Below, in pieces: positions 1-14,160 of a stretch of 64,000 bases of DNA; positions within the stretch are counted from its first letter, which is position 1, and every line of letters starts with the position of its first letter. The DNA lies in the NCBI GenBank assembly GCA_026023565.1, contig JAPETS010000002.1, positions 1 through 64,000 on the forward strand, in the 5' to 3' direction. Origin of the DNA: Cirrosporium novae-zelandiae. Its lineage: Eukaryota. A model generated the notes under the pieces. It saw only the letters and a list, made by a program, of their open reading frames with translations. It did not search any database and was not told the origin of the DNA. A program made the position numbers and the translations under genes.

Positions 1-1965
1 GGGGGGGGGGGGTTAGTTGGTTGGTTGATTCAAAACCTCAATGAAGATTAGAACATTATTTTTTCTTTTGTGAGAATCGGCGATTCACAGATGGGAAGAT
101 TAACAATAAATCAAGCTCTCTATCAACCTTGTCAGATGAAAGGAAAGTCGAGGCCAGAACATAATGGATGCAGCCCCAAGAAGCCCCAGGCCAGCCAAAT
201 CAGCCCCCAAAAAGCCAAGGGAACCACGAGAAGAAAGGAAAGAAAGCCGGACCAGGCAACTGGCACTGACCGCTGCAGCAAATCCAACAAATCCAGCAAA
301 TCCAGCAATAGAATCCCCCATTCAAGGCCCCATATTATCGTCCAAAACTCAACCCCACGGTCACGGTAACATCCCGTAACGCAACCCCAACCAAGCCTTT
401 TCCGAAATGCTCTAAATGTTTTGCTATAAAGTATACCCCAGATTTTCCTCTGCTTTTTTTCTAATTGAGGATAGTTTAGCTAGAAATATGTACAGTACAT
501 ACATATTGTACCATGTAAGTTACTCGAAGGATTACATTGTCGCATACATTAGCCCAACCTTTCCATATTTGACACGTTGTAATCGCTGTGACTTTCTCGT
601 ACTGCTGGAGATAGTCAGTATATTCGCCTATGGAAACTTATTATTGGATGTTGGAGTAACAAGCTCTCGTCTTGAAACCCCATGTCACATGTGATCGAGG
701 ACATGAGAAACAATGTTGGAGAAGCTCAATAAGCTCAATAACTTCAATAGATAGTAGTATCCATTAGGTTTCCGCCCTTAACCAAAAAAATCCTGATTTC
801 ATCATTGCCGCCGCCATCCTGGAACTTATCTCGTAACTGTCGCGGAAGGACCCGTCATTGATTGCTTATAATTGTACGAGCCATGGTGGTACACGGACCA
901 ATTAATCTCACCGCGCTATAAGGCTGAGTTGCTTTGGTTGTGTAGGATGCCTGAAAGGAGTCATCCTCTGAAAAATATTCGAATATTGAGGGACAGGCAT
1001 CTTCTATCTGAATCGAGGCACTACAGAGAGGTTATTGGGGTGTCATTGAGGGTCGTTGAGGGTATGCATTAATATTTCATCGCCCTCCAATCCAGACGTG
1101 GCACTGTTCCGATGACTGATTTTGAAGCAAATCCTTAGACTATATGCTTTTGTTTTATTGAAATTATCATCCTCAGGAACAAGGAGTCAGGATCGTATCC
1201 CAGCCATAGAATTTCTAATCAAGAAATCTACGAAATCACCTTCCTATCCTATCATGAAGCTGCTGCTTGCCGGCTGCCTGCAGAAATTTGATACATCCAG
1301 AGTACTCTTAGAGCCTGATGACAAAAGGTCCCAAGTATCGAAAGTTAACCGAATACGGGTTAAGTTGATTATCAAAATAGATTAATGTTGTGACAGGATC
1401 CTTCCCCGAGATCTTGCTATCTCCTTGATGCCATGTTTGATTTGTCCCACGAGCACTGAGAGATCTGAGTCAGATGGAGAGAGACCATGTCACTAACACA
1501 TAGCCATGGCAGTGGATAGCCCCGTTACCCTGTCCCAGTCAGATCTTTATTTTTTTTTCTCTTGGCTTTCCCTTTTCAACTATGTCCACTATCTATCTTT
1601 GGCACAATGGAAGACAACTAACAAATCCAACAAATGAGAATTCATTGTAACATGAGGATAGATATTTTCGTCCTCGACTGCTTTTGAAGTATTAGCACAC
1701 GGTCCTATTGATGCCACGGGCCCTCGCGGTGAGCCAGCATAGGCACTGATCATCGCCTGACGGGATTTTCACGCCCATCCTCCTTCGGCCCTTAGAGATT
1801 ATTCTGGAAAGTCCAGGGTCGACAAGACATGTCTTGGATACTTCTCACGTCACCTCGAGCACGCAGGTTCGCATGCTCTTTGTGCTTTGTATCAGTTCCA
1901 TCTCCGTCCCACCATCACCTCTACCACCACCTCCACCAAGCACGCACACAACTGTCAAACTCGCA

Positions 1966-1992
1966 TCAACCAACCAACCAACCAACCAACCC
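1966..1992. repeat. (CAAC)n microsatellite
   Basis: About six tandem CAAC units. Confidence 0.85.
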
Positions 1993-4286
1993 ATCGTGCC
2001 ATGCGATATGCAAGCGATACTCGCCCAAATAGCAAAAGGACTCGAGACGCCCCCTTGAAACTCCATTGACCGAGCTGAAGGAAAGCTGCCGTGCAACATC
2101 TCCGGTCTTTGCCAACTCCAATCGCGTCCAACAAACGAGGAAATAAAGTCCCAGATGGACCCTGTCAAACGCACAAGGCACAAAGCACACGCGCTATTCG
2201 GAATACAACATAGCAAGCAAGTAGGATCTACCTGTCTATAGCCGTCCCATTCTGCTGGGTCGGCTTCCTTTTCATTTCCATATCCCATCACTTCGGATTA
2301 ACTTCTTCTTTTTCAATGCCCGTGGGTCTGTAAGTCCCCTGGGAGGGGATCATGGCATATGCGGCTGCCGCTTGTGGAGATTGAAAATGGAATGTTGGAT
2401 TTTTCTTTTCCCTTTTTCCTTGTTCCATGCACATGGGCACATGCCTCGAGAGAGGAAGGGGGATTAGCTCAATATCTAATATCTAACATCTAACAAATCC
2501 AACAAATCAACAACGAATCCATCAGCATCAGCATCATCGGTTTCGCAAATCTCGTGAAGGGCGACGGACGGCGGCCGCAATTAACCGAAGGAACGGAACC
2601 GTAAAGATTCAAAGATGTTTGGATATCTGTGCCTCAAGTTTCAGATTTTAGGAGAGAAGCATGACGAATCCAATCCAAATCCGGAGCTTCTGGCGATGGT
2701 TAGTATCCACTAATCATCTCCATCCTTCTTTTTCTTTCCTCTTTCCTCCTTTCTCACTTATTTTATTCTATTATATAGGTTACGTACTTCTCTCCTCGGT
2801 TCTATCCCACCACCTTCACCCACAAAGGAGAAGAGAGAGAAAAAGCGTGACAAATCAAGATCTGGATTCCTCGGTTTTTTTATCCTAGAGAATCATCTTA
2901 TCATCATTCCTCTAAATCTCCTAGCATAGCATCCGTCCATCTCCCTTCACTTCTTTCTTTTTTCTTTTGCCCTTCTCTATTTATTATGCACACACATATA
3001 TACATACTCTTCCTTTCATCCAATTCAGTTCCCACCACCGCCAATTTTCATTAACCCTACTTACTAGCCCACTTCACAGAACACCTAAATCTCAATCCCC
3101 TCCTCCTCCAACCTAAACCTAAACCAAACATATAAGGAAACCTAATCTAATATACTCGAATATCACAGACCTATCCACATCCATATCTAGCTAGTTTTCT
3201 TCTTCTTCTTCTTCACTATCTACGTATGATTTAAATTAAACTACAACTATAAACTTTTAAGATTATAGAACTAGCCTTTAGGGACCTACCTTATTTATTT
3301 CCAAAAAAAATTAGTATGATAATAAAAAGGATAAAAGAGATGGATAAAATAATCGACTTCCTCCCCCCTTTTTTTAGTTATATATATATAAATAATAATA
3401 AAAATACCAACAAACAAAATACATTTATTCGTATTCATATCCATAGCATAGTGACTAGTAACTAACATGTTTAAAATACTCGTATCTCGTATCAATATCA
3501 ATATCAAGCATTAGTAAAGTAAGTAAATAGATCTAGATATAGATATAAACACAAACTACCGGACAAGTTTGATGAACTACCTAACTAATCACTAAATCAA
3601 AGGAAGGAAGATAAAAGGTGAAACGGGTATCTCGATTTTTGCTATGCTATGCTAAGCTACTTATTTACTTGCCCCCCCCTTTCCTCACTCAACCTACAAA
3701 AAAAAAGAAGACCGAAAGTGCAAGGACCAAGATGCAAAATGCGAAATGCAAATTGTGTATGTAGCATAGTAGAGGGAAAAAAAAAGCAAGAAACACAAAA
3801 CAAGAAAACACATCCCAAAAATGGATTTCCCTTAAATAAAACCTTTGGTTTAGTTTCTTTCATCCCATCCCATTCCATTCCATCCTCGCCCTCATCCCAC
3901 CATCACCACCACCATTGATTGATTGATTGATATACCAACCATCATAGCCATCCATCCATCCAGCCCATCCATCTGCCATATCCGCTCCGCTTAAATCCAT
4001 ATCTCTCAACCAAATATCCCGTGTGTTTACTTTGCCTTTTGCCTTAACCCAATATAGACATAGACCATAGCTAGCATCAAATCATGATACAACCACTCCA
4101 AGAAAGAAAGAGAATCCTAGCTCTCGTCTCTCGCTCATTCATTTAGCTCGTCTCGTCTCGTCTCAGCCCCCTGCCCCGTTCAACAGAAAATAACATCATG
4201 TCCTCCCCCCCTTCAGATCCCAAGCAATTTCACTTGCAACGAAAACCAAGACCCTTCAAACCTCCCTCCCCCTTCGCGCATCTCAC

Positions 4287-6147
4287 TCACAACATCTCCT
4301 CAATCTCAACCCCTCCATCTACACCCCCCGTGACAATATCATCTACCTCAGCATTTAACAAATCCCCCAACTCGGAACTCTCATTGAGGATATTCCTGGC
4401 CTGCTCATCATCAACGTTCATGTCGTCTTTGACAAGGATGATAGTGAGTTCGGGGACTAGGACTTCCTGGACGTAGATGGGAACGCTAAGGGATTTTAGG
4501 AGGGAGTCTTCGGATTGTGCGGTTTGGAGGTTGCTGCTGAAGGTTGTGATGAGGAGGTCGCACCTGGTTGGTTGGTTAGTTAGTAGGGAGGGTGGAGTAA
4601 AGTGTGTCTGGTTGTTTGGATGGGTATGGGTAGGTTAGGTAAGAGAATACAAAAAGGGCGACTAACATTAATGCCTTTCCCCTGGAGCCGTAGTAGCCAG
4701 GCGTAAAAATATTGGACCCCTTCTCCGCCATCAATTCCTTTGCCCTCCTCGTCCTAGCCCTTGGTTTTGACTCTATGGCTTTCCTGTAAAAGGAATCCCG
4801 TTTCAGATCGACTAGCTCCTTCACTTGAGGCAAAAACCTCTTCAATCGTTTTTCAAAGTCCTCCCATCTGATCTCTGGGTATCCCTTCTTTGTCCAATTC
4901 TGTCTGGCTTCGCTCTGCAGGTGGGACTTGTGGAATAGTGATTGGTTTTTTACGGAGGAGTAGCGATCTATATTGAAATTTCGAAGGTGTTCTTCGTCGA
5001 CCTCGACGTTGCAAATGGGGCAGCAGGGTTGACTTGGGAGTTGGGTGCTGATGTCACCAAACTCTAATCTGCGCTCTTCGTCAGAGAGATCGAATTCAGA
5101 GGAGTTGTGGTTGGAGAGATCAGAGTTGAGTGAAGTTGTAGAGGAGGGCGGGGGTTGACTATCGAAAAGGGATTCGGCGGAGGTAGTAGCGAAGGAAGAG
5201 GGAATCGATGATGAAACGGAGGTGACAGGATTCTTGAATTTGGGCTCTCGTGGGTCCTGCTTGATTGTAGGAGGTTTGACAAAATTGAGCCGGGCATCAT
5301 TCTCTTTTCTCTTGCTTGAGGGTTCCGAACTGGAGGGGTCTTCTTTGTCGTTGTCGGGAAATAGCTGGTATTTAATAACTGGATCATCGAAGGACTTAAC
5401 TTCTTCCTTCTCTCGCGCTTCTTGTTTCTTCTTCCACTCTCTTAATGCCGTATTTTCGATATTGTTACGTTGGTTGTGGAGAAAGCCTCCTATTATAGCA
5501 TCTGATTCGGGTGGTATTTCCCTTTCCCTTCCCCCCCAGGGAGAACGATTCTCTCTAGGTGCCATTGACATAGAATATCTATTCCTCCCGTACGTTGTTT
5601 TGGGTTTTGGATGTCGTTTTTTCTGCTTCTTGGTTCCAAATGTATCCCTCCTAAAAATGTTCTCGTCGTCCTCGAGGTCCTCCCTTGATCTTTTTGAACT
5701 GTGTCTGTTTCTTTCGTCCTTAGAAGACTTATGGCTCGATTGGCTTGTTTCCTCATGTTTCTGTCCATTGGCTAGTCGAGTACTCTTTCTGCTGGGTTTT
5801 TCTTCTTTCGATGTTTCTTTGATCTCCCTTGGACGTTTAAATTTTGATGGTGTGATGTTTGATGTTGGTGCAGGTAATGGTGCAGGGGGTTTGAAAGTAG
5901 TTCTAAGTGTGTCATGGCTATTGCTATCTTCTGAATCGGACGATGATATTGATTTGGGTGATGCGTAGATACCCGATTCATTACTTGATGAGCTTTGGAG
6001 CCTTTGTTTTCCATTTTGTCTGGGATTTCGTGCTCCAGGATGTAACGACTGATAACTACCTTTGTTTTTTGTTAGACCAGCACGGCGAGGGCGATGGTTG
6101 CCACGACATAGATCCCGCGTAGAGGTGTCGATTTCAGATCGCGCCAT
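4287..6147 (-). CDS. RTC4: RTC4-like domain protein (restriction of telomere capping 4 family), 2 exons
   Basis: ORF 4576-6255 contains CPIC, GYPEIRW and TPGYYGSRG. Intron 4564-4666 (GTTAGT...CTAAC...CCAG) joins a last exon reading YVQEVLVPELTIILVKDDMNVDDEQARNILNESSELGDLLN, with TGA ending at 4287. Start could be the ATG at 6147 or at 6255. Confidence 0.85.
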
Positions 6148-6883
6148 GCTTGATTTGAGCTCAATTGAAGAGATTGGGGATCTGGTCTCGAAAATGTGGT
6201 TGAATATGGTAGAGGAATATAGTTCTCCGCGTCGTACGGAAGTATTATAATACATTAGCGCGGGTGTGGATGACTAGCGCGATGTGGAGAATATCGAAAC
6301 TATAAATTTATCAAAGGTAAGCTGAAGCTACAGGAGAAATTGAAACTGGGGTTGGGTAAGAAATACTGTATGTATTGTATGGGTTAAAATCAGGGTATGT
6401 GATAATTACTGATAAAGCAAAAATATCTTGATGTATGAGTTATTTTTCGTATTTACGTGGTATACTGTATACACTAGCCAAATACCGTATTTTGCTCAAT
6501 TTTAAGGTTTAAAAGGCCTTTTCATGATTAATGTAGCTACCTCTTTTACTACAGTAACATACACATAAACTATCCAAGGTGATTGATATTGATATGCCTA
6601 TATAGCTTTATGTAGGTAGAAATGTACTCTAACTCATGGGTACCTTCGCTCTCTTCCTTCCAAAGTAGCCCAGATGAACTACAACGTGAACAATGACATT
6701 GCCGTCTTTTCCCCGTCTCGACCACTCAATTGAAACGCCTTCCTTGGACACCACGTTGCGGATCCACCTTCAGCTTCCCAAACTCCACGCCATGCTAAAT
6801 CAATGGAACAAAAACTTGTACACACCATCCAAACGATTAAGTGGAATAAGGGTGTTTTGTTGAGGTCAATATCTCAAAAGCCA

Positions 6884-9800
6884 CTATTCAAAACTCATAT
6901 GGATCTCTTCTTCCTGACCAAAATTATCATCGTCGCTAGCCCATGCATTATGTTCTAAAGTCACGATATTATCCGGCATCGTAATAGATGATCTCAGCTC
7001 CGGTCTCGATCGCGAATTTTCATACCCATACCCATCTTGCCAGGCTATATTAGAGGATTGTGCAAAACCCTTTCTTGGTGGGTCATCGAAAGCTGTTTCA
7101 AAAGTCATTTGAACACTTTGCGATCTACCATGTTCCAGATCAAGATTCTTCGGCGTCCATTTCTCCAACTCCTCAGGCGGTAGCTCCTCGTCGATTTTAT
7201 GTACCGGCCTCGATTTCAGAGTGTTTGCTATTGACCGTTTCCCGATATTTGCATCATAGCTTTGGGTTTGTCGGAGGTTCCCATGGGGATGAGGGCTATG
7301 GGCTCTTCGGCGTGCATCACCATCTATATCTAGCTTCATAGGAGGCATTGTGGATTCTAGCTGCTTGACTTCGACCTGTTCGCTTTCAAGCTCAGCACGG
7401 ATGGCATCAATATCGAACAACACACCACTGTTCCGAGACGGGTCTCCACTGTCATTTGAAGATCGCCCATCCGAGTCCCTTATTCGATCATCGTAAGTCT
7501 CCCACCCTCTCTTTTCTGCAAGCTTTCCACGTTTGAAGAAACCAAATTTCTTCTTCTCTGGCTTCGATTCCGCGTCCTTTCGTGCCTCGTCGATCTCACG
7601 TATCAACTCTCGTTGACGCGCTGCATGGTTCTCGGGATCAGGATCTTCTATTTCCGCAAATTCTTCACTTTCAACCTCCCAGCCAACGTATTTGAGAAGT
7701 TTAGGCATTGCAGCTCGATACGCCATATGACCATTGACAAATTCTGTGCAATCGATGTTTTCTAATCCCGAGACATCTTCAACAGGAGCTAATCCAGCTA
7801 CACGCATTATGCCACCGCTTGTAGCCCGGAATAGATAGCCTAGAATCCAGTCATTTGAGGCGTAGCCATTGACAAATCTACCAGCGACAGCTGCTCGGGC
7901 ACGAAGCCATTCATCCTTTTTGGCTACAACCGGGGAGCCAAATAGGTAAACATTCTGAATTATACCAAAAGCACCCCTATTAACCAGCTCTTTCAAGCAT
8001 GAAAATATAACCCGAGAGCCTAAAGAAAAACCAATCAGCGTAACTGGTCTCACACCAAGGTTCCGATCAATAAGAGAGTCAGCCAATATCAATCCAGCAG
8101 CGGTAGCCCGATCTAGTGAAACGCTCCAGGGGTTGTCAATAAGGTAGGATAATTTTGTCAGGATGATTGGAAGCTGTAATGAAGCCATCAGTGCTACTAG
8201 AATTGTACTACCGAGTACTTGTTGAACTGTCTGAGTTAAGGCCTAAAACATGTTAGCTAAGCTAAATCGTCGCGATTTTAACGAAGTGAATACCTCGGTT
8301 GCTAGAATATTAATTGTGTCACCCATACTTTGTAGCATTTCAGGTTCCCAGAGGACCGAGTAAATATCACCCATAATTGGATCGACTGTGCTAAATGGTA
8401 ACCTGATATCATCTGCCTTGCCATTCATCCACCCGGAGATAGAAATAATGAGATTCACGCGTTTATTGTTGTGCAAAGGTCGATATTCGAACGTCTTTAC
8501 TGCTCCTGTCCGTTTGTTAGAGGCTCTTACAGCAATTGTGCCTCCAGCGACAGTAGCAGTAGACGTAATGAGTGCTGCCCCCCCTACTCCACCTAGAAAA
8601 GTGCTCGTCCCCGCTACTCCTATTGTAGTAAATCCCGCTGCGAGACCAGCGCCGATGACGGGCGCAAGTAGACCAGCCGAGAGACCTATGACAAGGCCCC
8701 CGCCAACTGTGGCAAGTCCCATCATCATGTACTTCCGCTTCAGGCCTAGTTTTCTGCGGTTCTCCATATGTTCAGCCTCGTCCCAGGTTTCTTTATCTGC
8801 TGATTCTTGCATTTCTAAAGCATCCGTGATCCGTTTCTCAAACCGGCAGATATCTACCCAAGAGACATTCATAGAATCCCCAACACGCTCTAAAAGAACT
8901 CTTGATCGGGCATCATATACAGAGTCCGCGATCAAAACAAGAAAGAGATCACAAAGTATCGTCCACCGTAGATCGATATCTATGTTTTTAGTTGTTGGTA
9001 ACTGAGATGGAGTGCGAACTTCAGGTAGATCACCAGCATCAAGTTCTGCATATGGAGGAGGTGCAGCATCCGAGCCAGTGGTACTTGTAGCTAGAGAAAT
9101 GCTACTTTTAGAATGCTCATGATCTATTCCTAGCTTGGGAGATGATAATGAAGGGCGACCAGAGGAAATGGTTTCGGCCATAGGATTCTTGACTCGGGCG
9201 TTTTGCATTAATGGGGGTGTGAGGTCAGAAGGTTGCAATCCATGTCCAGCCAACTGCTCAATCATTACCTGTTCTGCAGACTAATCAGAGGATGTCCATT
9301 CCAACGAGAAGAGATCTCATACCAGCTGTATCGATTTCCATGTGTGAGTATAATCTCATAATGATCTTTTGACTCCACATTTTCATTGTTTCAATTGTCA
9401 ATCGTAAGTCTTTTTTTGTGGATTTTGTTGGCAAAACACTCTCTACCTCTTTAACCATCTGATACATAATCAACCTAGTAACTCCAACGTAAGCAATTCT
9501 TTGCCCTTCTGTGAGAAGACTTTTTGTCGCCTGCATCTGGGATAAAGGATTCCGTGCCGCATCATCTTCGTCTACAACATTAGTACCTCGTTCACCAAAT
9601 AAGTAGCTCGTATTCTCGTCCATGCTGGTGGCTGATTTTGCATCTTCGTCGATCTGAACTCGGGTATAACCTTTTCCGGCACCACCGAGACCACAGTATG
9701 CATCTTCCTCAATTGCTTTATCACCGCGGGCAACAAGTCTTCCATCGTCATCGTAAATGTCATATGCGCCATAAGCAGGCATTTCTTGCCAGTCAACCTC

Positions 9801-10448
9801 TTCTTCCTCTCCATTTTCATCATCTTGTTGTGGCGCAAGTTGCTGGTGGGACCATTCTGAGAAACTTTGCTTGGTGCGACGAGATGTAGACTTGACCTGG
9901 GGTGATTCATTTTTCGGAGAAGGATTTGGCTCCACGCTGTCGATCGGCATCTCCTTAGATCCACTTTCTTTTGATATTTGTACAGGCACCTCTTTAAGAC
10001 CAGCTGTAGATTCTGCCGTAGGCTTGGGCACCTCAAATTCTTTGACAGTCTCCCCGGTAGGATTTTCTGTGGCTTTCTCCGCCGTGGTCTTGATATATTC
10101 TTTTATTATTTCTTCATCTTTATCATGTGGTACTTGAGCCTGTAATTTCGGGGTCTCGGGAGCGTCGGCATCATTGTTTGTAGATTCAGCCTGCTTCTCA
10201 TTACCAGCTTCGAGCGCGTCATGAAAACTATCTTGACTCCCCTCTTCGTCGCCATCAGAGTCAGACATGACTGCCTGTCTCCTTTTTAGTTTTTTCACAG
10301 GCAACCCAAATTCATCAATTTCGGGGGGCTCAGAGGATTCATTTGTGGGCAGTTCCTTTGTTTGGAGGTCATCCTTGTTGGGACTGGAGCTGAGGATAGT
10401 ATTTGAACATGTGGATTTATCCTGGTTCTGTTGCTCATCGTTGTGCAT
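6884..10448 (-). CDS. DUF726 family membrane protein with lipase-like GxSxG motif (yeast Mil1/YFL034W, TMCO4-like), 3 exons
   Basis: Three ORFs join through introns at ~9275-9322 (GTATGA...GCAG) and ~8243-8293 (GTATTC...CTAAC...TTAG). The product has DLRWTILCDLFL, a Gly-rich TM block (GLATVGGGLVIGLSAGLLAP), RPVTLIGFSLGSRVIF and GHMAYR. Start is approximate. Confidence 0.9.
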
Positions 10449-11202
10449 TTTGAGAAAGACCAAAGGCCATTGAAAGCCTTAAGGTAAATTCATGGACAAT
10501 CAATTGTATGATGCTCAGCTCCGCGCTTTGTACAATAAAAATACATCTCGTTTAAGATGGTTCATAGTCATTGCTAAAGGAGGACCACTCAGACTCGCTG
10601 AGTTTGAGTGGGCTTGCTCTAGCGGGCGTAAGAGCATCTACCTGCTTCGGCCGACCGAAGCACCCACTGGCACCGAAGCAAAGGCTTACACGGATCTTGC
10701 CATTGTCCAAGAACAAACAACCAGAAACTCAATGTAGATAATGATGTAAAAAAAGGATATCGGATAGTCTATCATAAAAATGTCTATTCTGGAGGCCGAT
10801 ATAGGTTTCCTGAAAAGCTACTCATTTTAAGCTATAATTATTGGCCAAAGCCAATAACCATAATATTCTACTTTTATTCATAGAAAATATTTATTTGTAC
10901 ATCATCAACGGACCATGATATCCCGAAGATGAGTCAGGCCCCAGAATAAATCCTGAAAAGAATTTGGAAGATGAGATGCCCCTCGCTTTTATCAAAATTG
11001 ACGTAATTCTCGTGAATCACCGCCAGTGTACCTAGTATTATCACACTTAATCGAGCCTGAGAACGCTCGGAAGAAATCTCCAACATCTACCCTCGAAAAC
11101 GCCATGCTCAAATGTGATGTATAGTGCAATAAATCTGCGCCCAATGGACCGAGATAAAGAGAGAATTCATCATCCTGCGCCTATATCTGTACTTCCTCCT
11201 AC

Positions 11203-13251
11203 TTAATCGTCATCTTCATCGTCATCTTCGTCGTCATCGTCATCGTCATCGTCATTCTTGTCAGTGTCTTCCGTACCACCTACACCTTTCCACTCCAAGT
11301 AAAATCCCTCGATCCACCGCTTACTCCTAGGAAGATTGTATGGATCAAACGGAAAATAAGAGTCCAGCTGATTCAAAGCTTCATCGTCTTTACCATCTAG
11401 TGCTGTCTCTCTGTTTAGTTCACCTAGTATCGGATCGAAAGCACCTAAGCCTTGGAATCGTGGTAGGTGAAGATGTTTATTGGATTCAACGACCGAAATG
11501 GCATAAACAACTTTGAGGTTGTATGCCAGTCGAGCAAACTCCATGACAATGGGAGGTGAGCATATCTTAAGGGGATTGAGCTTGGAAGTTTTGATTGTTT
11601 CTAGGGTGCCTTTAACTCCCGGAATCCAATTCAGGTTCTCCACGTTAGCGGCGAACGGTTCCTCCTCCTCATCATCAAAGGAATCGCGTTCGATGATTAG
11701 GTCCCTCCATCTAAAGCAAAATATGTATAGGAGTGCTTGTGCAATCGAGTAGAATTGAGGGTATCGTCGTAGGTTGGGTCGAGAGTCAGTCGACTCATAC
11801 TCAGCTCGAAGCTTGTGTAATTGTATTGAAAGGACATTCCAGATATCACGGACGACCTCAGCCGGTACACGTGCTCCTCGAGCGACGAAACTAGCAAGGT
11901 ATGCAGCTGCAGATCTTTTTAGATGAGCTGGCCGGTTCTTGCCGATTATGATTTCAGAACAAGCTGAAGTGAAGTGTTTTATCAATGTAGGAGAGGTTTG
12001 CGAGAAATGAAAAAGTAGGAACTGGGTATGTCGAGATCGGTATGTAGGTAAAATAATGTTCGTAAACTGTCGGAAAAGATGTTCCAAAGCATGTTCTCTC
12101 ACATCGAAAGAAGCTGCAGTGAACATGGTTTTGTAATAGTCAAACATGATGTCCATAATAATGTCCATCTTCTCTATGTTAAATTTAAGTTGTTTCCTCC
12201 GTTCCTCATCAGCGTCGATAGACTCATCACTTAATATGGATTCGGTATCGTCGTCGTCAACATCATCAACGTCGTCGAATAATTCAGATGAATTGATAGG
12301 CATTTGAGTTATAGAGTTGATCATATCTTCACCAACTTCATCTTCTAGATCGTCCATATCGACCTGCACTTCGACATCTATCTTGACTAGCTTATCCGTG
12401 ATAAGTGATAATATATGGGACCGCAGCTCCGGCGTATAAGCGATGATTTTTAGGAGATTTTTAGTGTAGATCACATGTGCTTTTGTGGTGTCGGAAGGGA
12501 TAGGAAAATTTTTCGAAAGTATGGGTGCAAGAATGGAACTGGCTGCGGGAACAAGAGCAAGGATGTATTGCAGGGCACTATGGGCACGAGATTGAAGCTG
12601 GGACCTCTTGACACTGGGGAAGTCTGAAATTTGGCCAGCCGACAGAGGAACTAGGCAAGTTAGTATTGCTATGATTATGAACATAATATCCTAGACAAAC
12701 AACATACTTTGACCAAGTTTGCCCACCAGCATCTCAAGTACACCCCCGATAAATCCAGACTGTGCCGATACAATATTCCCTAGAAATTTCACAAATAGCG
12801 ACACATATTGTTCGTCCCTCCCGATCCAATTGCTTTCTAAGACCGTAAAAACCAAATCCGAGCAGGATTTATCGAGACGTGACACGTGCCCATATAAAGC
12901 AAGGGTATGATTTTTGACCTCAGTAGCACTGTGTTGATTTCCAGCTTCAGTATTTGAGATATATATGCTTTTCAGTCGGTTGTAGGATGAACTGTCGCCA
13001 GCTTTGTGTTTCTCAATTGCACGGCGAACTTCTTCCCGAATAATACTAGGTTCTTTTTCCCACTCCTCGCCAAGGACACGAACTTTTACATCAGTATCAA
13101 ACGAAACTTTAGGCCGTTTGCTTAAACCTGAAGGAATACTGTCCCCATCGGATCCCATCTCTGAAGCATTGCGCTTGAGCGTTGGTCGGCGGGGTAGGGA
13201 CTTGACAGGTGTAGCCACGGACATAGAGGCCGGTAGTATGACGGGAGCCAT
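11203..13251 (-). CDS. RRN3: RNA polymerase I transcription initiation factor RRN3, 2 exons
   Basis: Motifs LITDKLVKIDVEVQ, ILPTYRSRHTQFLLFH, AAAYLASFVARG, QALLYIFCFRW, LNPLKIC, LDSYFPFDPY and an acidic tail. One intron at ~12651-12707 (GTATGT...CTAG). Confidence 0.95.
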
Positions 13252-14160
13252 GGGCAACGACTAAAGATAATATGAAGGATTGGGCTAGAAGGATGTAGAT
13301 ATCATAACCTTATCAATAATAATGATGAAGAGGTATCCGGGTTATTCGGTCTCAGAATGTGGAGTCGATCTGAGGTCCCAAAAATCTTGGATGGAAAAAA
13401 AATTCGTCTGTGTCGCGAGAAATAAGGATTACGCTAAGCCTTTATAAGTAAGATTCCGTTAACACTAAACACTAATTTATCTTTCTGGTCAACATCCGGG
13501 GAACACTTCAACCTATGTTTCTGTTGATAGCTTACGTTAATAAAACCAGTGACATTCCTATCCTTCCTATCCTCTGTAGGGGCAACCCGGGAATGGTAGT
13601 TACTGTTCCTCCGCTAAAGGACTAGTATATTCTCTATTCTAGTTTCCAGCCCTTTCCTGTAAACGTAGCCAACGAACACTACTAGACTACAAAAGTTAAG
13701 ATATATTTTGTCCCTTTCTGAGCTTTGTAGTAACTTTTATAGACTAGGGTTGCTCTCTAAGAATGACGAGTGACCAGTCATTTACATATGAAAACAGACA
13801 TGGTATTGCTATCAAGAGCAGTCCACACATAGCTAACTATCATCGACAGTTCCTATACAAAAATTCCGGAGGTCGTTTCAAAATCAGCAACATACAAGTA
13901 CTTGACCACGTACGATGTAGATACGTAGATGGTCATCGGTGAGAGGACCACAAACCCAACAACTCCTAGGTCCATTTCCCTCATAATCACCCATAAACAG
14001 TTTTGCTTCTTCTCCACAAGGGGTATATCTTTAACGAAAGTCGTGAAATTGATTAATATCAACATGAAGAGAAAGTGTAGAGATAAACTCTCATTTCAGA
14101 AGGTAAGTAGAAGGTGGGTGGGCTTCTAGCCCTAGAAAGTAATCTTCACGGAAGATAAAT

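Noticed and set aside
70..4200. Short ORFs at 100-379, 872-1385, 1829-2291 and 3649-3918
   Set aside because: No recognisable domain or consistent splice model. The region is dominated by microsatellites and homopolymers and is probably intergenic or UTR.
11170..11205. Possible readthrough of the RRN3 TAA into a further 10 codons
   Set aside because: TAA-G is not a leaky context and the extension has no targeting motif.
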